From the NCBI GenBank assembly GCA_054600435.1, contig BAAIJX010000059.1, forward strand, positions 114,143 to 134,142: a stretch of DNA of 20,000 nucleotides, read 5' to 3'. The notes under the pieces are model-generated. The model searched no databases, was not told where the DNA came from, and saw only the letters and a program-made list of their open reading frames with translations. This stretch comes from Neophaeotheca triangularis (taxonomy: Eukaryota). Shown here piece by piece: positions 11,207 to 20,000 of the stretch (the stretch's first letter is position 1; each line of letters starts with the position of its first letter). The translations under genes were made by a program, and so were the position numbers.

Positions 11207-14200
11207 TTATAGAACAATTGCCAACCCCAAGACTGCTGCTCCTGCCATACCGAGCAGCCCCATGCCCTCGGAGCCAAAAGGCCCAACGACACTGGCGGCG
11301 TTCTGTAAACTCGGGTCGCTTTCGTCATCAGTGGGCTCGGCTTCCTCAGCCCCGGCACCCTGGGCCGTAGCAGTGACTTGCCCACCCACGACGGCGAAAC
11401 TGGTGATAGTCCTCGGTCCCCTGTCGCCGGTGATGGTCTGGATGACCAACTCGCTGACCTGGCCGCCTTCGCCCGTGTAAGTGGTGGTGAAGGTTGAGCC
11501 TTGAGCGTTGGTGAGGGTGAAGACTTGGCCCTCGCCTGTGACATCGGAGAGGGTTATGGGCGAGCCGTCGGAGTCGGTGGTTGTGATGTCGCGGCCGTCA
11601 GAATCGGGTGTGGCGGATGGGCCGGTGGTTGGGGCCGGGGAGGTCGGGCTCGAGTCGTCGTCGTCGTCGTCGTTGGAGCCTGGAGCTGCATTGGAGGTCA
11701 CTATGCGACCGCCTGAAGCTACGAGGACATTTGCTAGGGGAGAAGTTGATATGTCCCCGGCGTCGTTTGTGACGACAGCGCCTGCGACGCTGGAGCGCGT
11801 TGTGATGGTGCTGCCGGAGTCGTCGGTGGTGGTAATGTCGACCTCGACGCTGGCCGGAGCGGCGGTTTGGAAGGCAGAGGTTGTGCGCTCTTCGCCGTCG
11901 TCGTCAGTGAGGACTACTGGAACGAGGAAACCAGATTGGGTCGCTGGTGGTGTAGAGACAGCGGGCGTATCCTGCGCGTCGTCGTCGTCGTCGTCGTTGT
12001 TGTCGTTGTCGTCACTGTCTTGGTTGGCATTGTTATTGTTGTTGTTGTTGTTGGTCGAGCTGTCGTCCTGATCCTCGTCGTCATTGTCATCCTCATCATC
12101 GTTGTTGCCACTTCCGCCAGTCACAGCCGGGGGCGTGCTGACAACCGTCTCTCCAGAATCATTGGTCGTAGTCTGGGGAGGCGGCGTAGTGGCCTCACGA
12201 GTCGACGAGACAGCAACAGAGGTCTCAAACGTAGACCCTGCGTCATTGGTAGTGGTCAGCTGGGCTGTGGTAGGGCCGGCTGTTTCTTCGTCGTCATTGT
12301 CATCATCAGAAGAACCTGTGTTAGTGGGTAAGCTTTCGTCCTGAGAATCTTGTGTGTTTCCTGCATTAGCCGAGGTAGCGTCCGGGGGAGAAACGACAGT
12401 GGAGCCTGCGTCGTTTGTGGTAGCCTGAGCCTGGGTGGTAGGTGTACTATCGTCCGAGTCGTCCGAGTCATCCGAGTCGTCGGGGCTGGTTGGTGCTGCC
12501 GAAGTTGCGACAGTCGTGCCGTCAGTAGTGGGTACAGAGGCAACGACTGTTGTATCTTCGTCATCGTCGTCGTTGTTTTCTGAAGCTGCGAGAACTAAGT
12601 TAGCATGAATTTTCAAAAGAATGTATACGCGAAGAGGCGGCATGAGTTCAAAAGCGATAGAGCGTCCATGTCAAGATCGTGTCAGAGCCATGAGCAAATA
12701 GACCGTCGCGAAATGTTGGCATTGACCCCGCCTTGTCTCGCTGGCAAGGAAAATCTCAACTCTCAAGGGGCTAGTCCGGTCCGGAGAGCGTTCACAGAGA
12801 ACGCAATAATGGCAATACAAGTCTTCCCGCTGGGTCCGGCAACTCACCTGCACTAGTAATCAAGGTAGTCGAGAGACCAACAAGAGTACTCGCGGGGGGA
12901 GGCTGTCCAGCAGTGGTAGAAGGAAGAGTATCATCCTCATCAGCATTACCAGCAGGCTGTGTAGAGGGCGGTTGAACAGATGTGTCCTCGGCGGCACTGC
13001 TGGCAAGTTGTGTAGGAGATGTCTGAACAGAATTTTCCATGGCAGTGGTCGTGATTTCGTCGGTTTCGTCATTGTCGTCACTCGTCGCCTGCGACTGAGC
13101 GTTTGAAGTGCCGGCACTTTCTTGTGGTGTTGATGGTTGAGGTTGAGTTTGAGGTTCGGGGGTCGATTGTTGGTCTTGAGCACCCGGAGTATCGGTCTGC
13201 AGAGGAGGCGGCGCCACCGTTGTAGCGTCCGCGGAATTTCCGGACCCTTGAGTAGTGGGAATAGGTGCAATCGGGTCTTCCACGACTGATGTTATTTCGT
13301 CCCTCGTGGCGTCGGGGTCCGTGGGTTCTGCTCCGGTAGAATCTACACTGCTTGGCTCCTGTTCGGCAGACCCCTGACTCGTAGGCTCTTGACTCGTAGG
13401 CTCTGCATCCGTGGTCTCGACGATGGAAGAGGGTGGCGAGGGAGTAGGAGTCGGCTCACCTTGGGAAGTAGGAGTAGCGGCAGGCTCAGACGAGACTTCG
13501 CCGTCGTCATCATCGTCGCTGTCATTGTCATTGTCGTCATCTCCAGCGCTCGTGGTCGCAGCGGGTGGCGGCGCAGCAGTCGTGCCTTGCGAGGTGTTGT
13601 CAGGTTCCTGCTGACTTGTGGCGGGCGTGGTCGGGTCTTCGGAAGAGGGCTCGTTCGTGATGGGATCGGGAGGCGAGGATGTAACAGGAGTCTGCTCACC
13701 TTGAGTAGTACCCGGAACCTCGGTTTCGACGTCGTCGTCATCGTCGCCATCATCGTCGCCGTTTTCTTCATCGTTATCCTCATCACTGCCGGTACTCGTG
13801 GGAGATGGCGGTGCTGCCGTGGTTCCTTGAGTAGTAGTTGGGTCAGGTTCCTGAGGACTAGTGGTTGGGTCTGCGACAGACGTTGACACGACAACAGTTG
13901 TAGGCTCCTCCTCAGATGTCGGCTCGAGGGTAGGGGTAGGCTCCTCATTTGACGTGGGCGTTGTCTCGGGCTCAGGCTCTTCGGTCGATGGGTCAGGAGG
14001 CGGGGAAGTCGGCTCACCTTGCGTAGTAGTAACTTCCGCCGTAGTAGGCTCCTCAGAGGGCTCCTCGGTAGGCTCCTCGGTAGGCTCTGGCGTAGGCTCC
14101 TCTGTCGTCTCTTCGGGCGTGGTTTCCTCATCACTCGTTTCCGGATCAGGAGTAGGAACTACACTGGTAGACTGACCTTGAGTTGTTTCCGGGTCCGGGA

Positions 14201-14630
14201 TAGTACTGGTCTCAAGCTCGATGACCGAAGTGGTCTCGTCCGTTACGACCACTGGAGTGGTCGTGGTCTCCGGGTCCGGGTCGGGGGCCTCACTCGTTGT
14301 GTTGGCGCCATCTTGCCTTTTCCTCAGATCAGAACCGCGCTCGCTTTCCAACTCTTGCCTCGCGCTCTCAATCAGCTGGGTAGCGAGCTCCTCATCTTCC
14401 CGCTGGATGACCTCGAGCGCCTCGAAATGATGCTCAAAGATGCCCTCGCGGTATTTGGGCGCTAGCTTCTCCTCGAGCGTAGACTTGATGCTCTCCTTTG
14501 GCAGCGAATCCAGCAAATCTCCGAGTCTAGTCGCGGTCGGGCTGTTCTCCGGCTCCTGCGTCACGTCCAGAGCGTATGCGACCGAGGCCAAGGGCAGGCC
14601 ATGCAGCAGGAAGGAAATGATGGAAGGCAT
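11207..14630 (-). CDS. Large acidic Thr/Ser/Pro/Asp-rich secreted, GPI-anchored cell-surface (mucin-like) protein; exons 14630-12848 and 12585-11207 (1053 aa)
   Basis: Signal peptide MPSIISFLLHGLPLASVAYA, then an ~80 aa non-repetitive domain ending in a Kex2-like site RKRQ, a long low-complexity stalk, and a C-terminal GPI-type signal (LQNAAS...GLLGMAGAAVLGLAIVL*). The two track ORFs are joined in frame by a phase-1 intron 12847-12586 (GTGAGT...GCTAAC...CAG on the minus strand); total 3162 nt. Confidence 0.85.
12586..12847 (-). other. 262-nt spliceosomal intron in the GPI-protein gene
   Basis: Minus-strand G|GTGAGT donor at 12847, GCTAAC branch site near 12600, CAG acceptor at 12586. Splicing restores the frame (TSA-A-SEN). 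Confidence 0.8.
14044..14104 (-). repeat. Imperfect 12-bp coding tandem repeat (EPT[P/E]) in the GPI protein
   Basis: Protein EEPTPEPTEEPTEEPSEEPT; repeated GGCTCCTCGGTA-like units on the plus strand. Confidence 0.75.
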
Positions 14631-16193
14631 GATAATGAAGAGAAATGACGGCTGCCGCGCAGCGGACGAAAATGTGATGCAAAATGGGCTTCACAGGTCG
14701 GGCGAAGCCAGAAGCAGTTAAGAAGAGGTGATGTTTCTAGATGCTCAAGGTTAGCCTTTCAATAATGTCTTACGTGGTCCAGCTGGGCGTCAGCGGGACG
14801 AAGACGGGCACGGTAAAGATGCACAGTCCATGTCCCGTAGCGCGAAGGTGAAGACGAAAAGTGACAATAATGGGGGGTAACTAGAGGGAGGGAAGGAGGG
14901 AGGGAGGACGAGGACGAGGACGAAGATGTTGCTGGCTTACCTTTGCTCTGTAACTGGAGAGGTCCTACTCCAGACGGGTACGAGGCTGCTGAAGGCTCGT
15001 GCTGGCTCGCTTCGTAAACCAACTGATTTGCTGCGAAGTCTTCCGTAGAACAGACGAAAAAGGGGCGCGGGCGTCGGTCTAAAGTTAGGAAGCCAAGGCG
15101 GTGGTTCGCTACGCCACGCTAAAACGATGGTGAGAAAATGTGAAGGTCGATGATCGACGGGAGGCTTGTAGGAGTAGAATGGGTGATGTTCTCTCGTTTC
15201 TAGTCGTAGTCGTAAAAATCGTCAAGATGCTAGCTACTCTGTCGGTGCTGGTGTAGCGACAGAAGGAGGTGATGGTGATGGTAATATGAGAGGAGAAGGA
15301 AATGATAAAGAAATGGAAGATGTCGGTGGAAAAGTGTTGGCCGCACGTACAGTAGGTTGACAGTACTAGGTTTACCACAGCCCACCCGCGGCACACTTAA
15401 AAGATAGGTACAGGCTACAGGACGAGTGGAGTCGAAAGCTACATACCATACCTACTAGTAGGTACTGCAGTGTATGCAGCCCGAGTAGTTAGTAGTAAGC
15501 AAGCCAAGGTAAATGCTCGTCCGCCTAGACGGATGGATCGAGGGTTTGCTATCTTTCAATTGGCTCAAAAGGTACTAGAAGGTGAATACGAGGGGCTAGC
15601 CTGTTGATCGACCGTCACCTTAAGTTATAGCTGCCTCTTACGCAACTTGGGGTGCAATTTGCCTACAACAGCACCTACTGTATACAATCATCATCAATCA
15701 CTTCGAGGTGCCATTAACTTACAACGACTCTACAACAACAGTTGAATTTACTTGGGTAGAGGGATGATCAATTCTTCCCATGATAAAAATTATCATAACA
15801 AGATCAAAAAGAAACATTATTGACGACCAATCACATGCACGACAAGCTTGGAAATCAGGCCAACAGACAGGCAGGGATGAAACGCCACGGATAAGCTCGA
15901 GCTCTCCGTAATAATGGACCCGTCCATCTGGCATCGCCAGTCGCCACACTTGTTACCGACAAGGAAAGGTTGTCTATTACTGTTGATCAAGCACCAATGA
16001 TGACGTTCTGGGTTGAGCTACACCCGACTGACCCGTCGCTAAAGGTACTGGACGGTACCTTGCCTTACCTTACCTTGCCCTACCGCTCTCTCATAATAAT
16101 TCTCATCGTGGAGAGATGCCATCATCCCAAGCTTGTGACAATCGCTTGACTCAAGCAATACAAAACTGCAAGAAACCTCACACTATGTCGCCT

Positions 16194-16220
16194 CATCATC
16201 ATCATCATCATCATCATCAT
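16194..16220 (+). repeat. (CAT)9 microsatellite
   Basis: Nine tandem trinucleotides, intergenic. Confidence 0.9.
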
Positions 16221-16647
16221 CGTCTCATTTTACTCTCCCCATCTCACAAAATATCGCAGCTTTCATGGCCAGGCGGCATGGGCCATTTCGGGAGGGAAGA
16301 GGTAACAAGAAGGGGAGAGAGTTCTAGACACGAGCAGCCAAACACACAACCCGCGGGAAGCAAATGTCCCGCTGCCCTCTCTTTTCACTGGTAGAAACAC
16401 TCCGATGCTATTTTCAACAAAGGCCAGCCAGGTCTTAGAAATAATACTTTGGGTCTTCCCTGCGTAGTATGCAAGGTACTGGATTTTGCGAGCCGTGTCG
16501 TGCGTGTCGTCTAGTAGTTTTTATTCGTGTCGATGGTTTGGCTTTGAGCTCTCGAAAGGGAAACCCGGGGGCCCTAATTATTCGACTCTCGATGAAATGC
16601 CGTCGTTGACCTGTTCCCGGTGCCCCGGTGGCTTACAGCCTTATCAT

Positions 16648-18480
16648 CATTGCCATCTCGATTCTGCTTGCCTGAGGTTACCTACCACGCAAAGCTCGTC
16701 GGCCCAAGAGGTAGTGCTCAACTCTAGGACCGCTCAAGTCTCGCATCATCTATCTCTAGGACGACTCGAATATCGCATCACTTGATAGAGGTGGGCGAGA
16801 CGTTTTGCGCAAGCCCGTCGGCCTTTGTATGGCAATGTCTAAGATCCCTCATCCGCAGTCCACAGCACAACAGCGCCCAGAAGCCCTTCAAACGGCAGCC
16901 ATGCCTCGTGGCAGAGGTATCGTTATCGCTAGAGCAAGAAAGATGGAGTTCGTCTTCTTGTGCCAACCTACTCCATGCATTTTTCTCCCCACGCTAGAGG
17001 TTGCTTAAGCTGCGACGATTCTATCCCGCTCAAGAGATGCTTTAGCACCAATGAGACCGTAGAATGCCAATTGAGCACAAGAGTTGACTAGGCCCCTATC
17101 CTCCTCACAAGGCGAGGAGACTCTCCTTCGATGTGCGGTGGCTCCAAGCACGCGGGCTTGCACAAGGCAGGTCACGGGCACACGTAGAGCCTGCTCCACG
17201 CGTTTTAAAATGCAGTTCGATGCTACACGAGGTAGCCGTAATAATAAATGTGCGAAGGGGTACACCGTATGGCAACGCTCGAGCGCCCAGGAGACAGACC
17301 TAGGTGCCCAACCACGACTTCATGCCAAAGTACCCTCCCATAGCAACCTCTGCTCCCAAGACAGAAATACACCAAAAACTGCCGTGCTCAAATCTTCCTA
17401 ATCCAATCTAACCAACAATCCCGAAGCCTCCGCATGAAGATCCTCTCGCGACCACGTACCCAAGCACCACTGCAATCCCAGCGCCAAACCCCTCAAACCC
17501 CCACCGACCCCCCTTTCACCGCTCGAAGTTCCCAAACGCTCGCCCCCCCAAGTCCAACAAACTCAACCCATTCTCCAACCACCCAACCGCGATCGACGAG
17601 ACAAGAAAAAAACCACAGTGTCTCACAGCCCACCAGCCAACTCAGCCCCCCCGAGCCCGACAGCTCCAGTCCCCACCATCTTCGAGGGGCCATGAGACCC
17701 GCCCGCCCACGCAGCTCCCCAAACCCGCTTATTCCAACCCCCACTCCTCGCTCCCCCCTGAACCCCCCTCCCCATCCCCATCCCGAAACAAACGCCAGCA
17801 ACACGCAACCACCGTCACGCTAGGGATGGGGCGCAAGGAAACCCCATCGCTCGCACCGGGCGCTTTCCGCCACCGCAAGGGTAAGCAAGAAGCGGGCCCC
17901 TGGCTGCCTGCTGTCGACTCCCCACAAGCGACGAAGCGGGTTTTGCACTTCCGAGGGCGGAAGACAGTGCTTTCGTGATTGTAGCGGTCGCTGGTAAGCC
18001 GCCGTGGAGTTTGGGACGGGCGGGGAAGTTTGGTGCTTGGGCTGTCTTGGTCGGTCGGTCGGTCGGTCGGTTTGGGCTTTGGTGTTGGGTGGGCTGCGGC
18101 GCTTAGGGAGGGTTGCGGGATCTGCGTGGGAGACAGAGGGGGGTTTGGCGCGGCGAGGGGGCAGGGTGGGCGGGCTGCGCGGGTCGGTGGGGTCGTTTGC
18201 TGCTGTGCGGTTCTGCTTGTTGTGGGGACGCTACTGGCGAGGGCGTTGGGTTTTGCTGTGGGAGGTGTGGTCGTCGACGGTACGTTGTTGTCGGGAGTGG
18301 ATGGTGGCAAGGTGAAGATGGCTCCGGGAGAGTCGAAGGGGTCTTGTGCCCTGTCGAGCGAGAATGTCACGGGAGAAGCATATGGGCTTTGAGACCTCAG
18401 TGGCGGTGTCTATGCAATGCTATTGCTGAGGTGACATGGCTGTACTTGGTTTGGGATATCGAATTGATGGAAGTGGCACT
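16648..18480 (-). ncRNA. Candidate large structured non-coding RNA (telomerase-RNA-like architecture; identity unconfirmed, ends approximate)
   Basis: No credible protein on either strand. Nested complementary segments: 17795-17802/17987-17994, 17706-17714/18122-18130, 17276-17282/18354-18360, 16960-16976/18467-18479. Short hairpins (17101-17119, 17180-17203) have plus-strand A-C mismatches that are G-U pairs on the minus strand. Possible pseudoknot helix 17207-17214/16976-16983. Confidence 0.45.
18049..18071 (+). repeat. (GGTC)5 microsatellite inside the candidate structured RNA
   Basis: Five perfect tetramers plus a partial copy. Confidence 0.9.
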
Positions 18481-18829
18481 GTTGAATTTATGGATACGAT
18501 ATGAGTATAGAGAAAACAAAGTCGAGGTCAGGATTTTTTGACCTTTTGCAAGCAATCAAGACCTGATTTGTACCTTGGTAAAAATACTACATACGGTTCC
18601 TTATGGCGAACAAAAGCGCTGATATTATACGTTCCTCGCCTAAATGCAGCAAGCAATTGGAGATACTAAATATATGTTGCAAAGTACAACGACATCCGTT
18701 TGAGGTGCGTAGCCTGGAAGCAAACTTCCAAAACTTCTCAAACACTTGACCGATCAAGTCGGATCTTGCACCTCACTTCATTCTTCAAATCTCACACTCT
18801 GCGTGCAACCTCCACCACTCGAAATACAA

Positions 18830-20000
18830 ATGGCGATTCCAAGCAATAGCATGCTCGACACGAGCATCTTCGATGATCTGCAGAAGAAAATCGACGAGGA
18901 TGTCGCTGTCAAAGACGTAAGTTTTCCTAATCAGTCGCTGGAAGTAACACCAACAAATCGTGCTAACCCACCCATTCAGGCTCTGAGAGACATTGTACAG
19001 ACACTGGAGAAGCAAGGTATCTTCACCCTCATTTTTAGATATTGCCACCTACCACGCTGGCCTCAACTCATCATTTTCGCCCACAAGATCGCGCCACCCA
19101 AGCCACCCTCTCACGAGCCCACTCCACGCCCTCTTCGCAGCGTAAGTCGAAACCACGACTACTCTCAAACTTCAACTCGTATAGATGCTAAAAAATATGA
19201 AAAGTCCAACCCATCCTCGACGATGCCGCCAAAAGGCTCCAAGAAGAGATCAAAACCATCCAGCACCTCGCCGGAGTCGCCTCCAAGTACCCCTACTACA
19301 AGCACAACCAGTCATGGACGAGGGATATGCAGAATGCCGTAAGTGATGTCGACATGGCTATCAGCTGATACAGTGATGCAAGACCACTGACTTGAGGGCT
19401 GGCACTTGCAGTGCACCTCCATCCTCCTACACCACTACTTGCAAACGGAGAACACCAAGGGCAAAGGCGAGCTAGCCACAATCGACCACGTTGGGGATGT
19501 CATGGGTGGTATGTATCCCATCACAGCAACACCACCACTCTCTGATTCGGCCATTGCACCTCAATTGGCGTGCGCCAGCGGAAAGAAAACAAACACCCGG
19601 CTAATGTGTGCATAACCTTGCAGTCCCCGTCAACGTCAAAGACCGTGATACCTTTCATCTGACCATTGAAGAATACCTGCAAGCTCTGATCTCGCTAATG
19701 GAAGAACTGGTACGTTGTGGAAATGCCAGGGGAAAAAAAAAAGCCCCCTTCCATCTGCACCCGCGAGCTTCACCTCCCCACCACCTTCCCCAAAGAACCA
19801 CCACCCCTCACCTACGCCACCTCACCCGCGTCACTCCCAACCCCCCATCATCCCCGCATAAGCCCTGAAAAAAAAAAAAAAAAAAAGCTAACCTCCCCCC
19901 CCCACCTTCAGGCCCGCCTCGCCCGCAACACCGTCACCCACACCAACATCCAACGGCCCATGCAAAAAAGCACTTTAAACAAAAAATTTCACACCCGTTT
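18830..20000 (+). CDS. TSN: Translin (C3PO subunit), 3'-truncated by the window; exons 18830-18916, 18980-19016, 19088-19141, 19205-19338, 19412-19508, 19624-19709, 19912->20000
   Basis: Spliced product MAIPSNSMLDTSIFDDLQKKIDEDVAVKDALRDIVQTLEKQDRATQATLSRAHSTP...ASKYPYYKHNQSWTRDMQNA...VPVNVKDRDTFHLTIEEYLQALISLMEELARLARN matches fungal translin motifs. Six GT-AG introns have consistent phases. The start could alternatively be the ATG at 18851. Confidence 0.9.

Noticed and set aside
10857..14721. Many plus-strand and alternative-frame ORFs over the GPI gene
   Set aside because: They are shadow frames caused by low-complexity codons.
16116..16394. 92-aa ORF with a poly-His run
   Set aside because: The His run is just the (CAT)9 microsatellite, and the rest has no coding features.
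16712..16726. Minus-strand AGAGUUGAGCACU resembling telomerase P6.1
   Set aside because: The stem has an A-A mismatch and the loop lacks the conserved G position, so it is not convincing.
17820..18010. Group I intron, TPP riboswitch, RNase P/MRP, SRP or snRNA identity for the hairpin cluster
   Set aside because: I could not find the diagnostic motifs (P/Q/R/S elements, CUGAGA plus GAUAAU, P4 strands, SRP helix 8, U1/U2 5' ends) by eye.
17400..18360. Fold-back transposon or MITE
   Set aside because: There are no perfect terminal inverted repeats or target-site duplication, and the complementarity is patchy and G-U-like rather than DNA-level.
18533..18540. Sm-site-like ATTTTTTG on the plus strand, suggesting a plus-strand RNA
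   Set aside because: The G-U versus A-C asymmetry of the short hairpins favours the minus strand, and no plus-strand template or splice site fits. Revisit if RNA-seq shows plus-strand transcription.
17434..18541. Overlapping ORFs on both strands (129, 213, 120, 142 aa etc.)
   Set aside because: They are Pro/Thr- or Gly/Val-rich products of C/A and G/T strand skew, mostly with non-ATG starts. No domain is recognisable and a tetranucleotide microsatellite lies inside.

Overview
This is eukaryotic, intron-containing DNA from a filamentous ascomycete; gene content and intron style suggest a Dothideomycete (Capnodiales-like), which is inference. Four protein genes are supported: an NsdD/SUB-1-type GATA transcription factor (+, 2657-4360, 1 intron), glutamate-cysteine ligase catalytic subunit (+, 6204-8550, 4 introns), a large acidic Thr/Ser/Asp-rich GPI-anchored protein (-, 14630-11207, 1 intron) and translin (+, 18830 to beyond the window end, at least 6 introns). 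Most other ORFs in the track are shadow or low-complexity frames. The most unusual element is an apparently non-coding ~1.8 kb region (~16650-18480) head-to-head with translin. It contains many nested complementary segments whose mismatches resolve as G-U pairs on the minus strand, plus a possible U-rich/A-rich pseudoknot and an enclosing helix. The layout resembles a filamentous-fungal telomerase RNA, but no canonical TTAGGG template was found, so its identity is open. All pairings were found by eye; no folding or database search was run.
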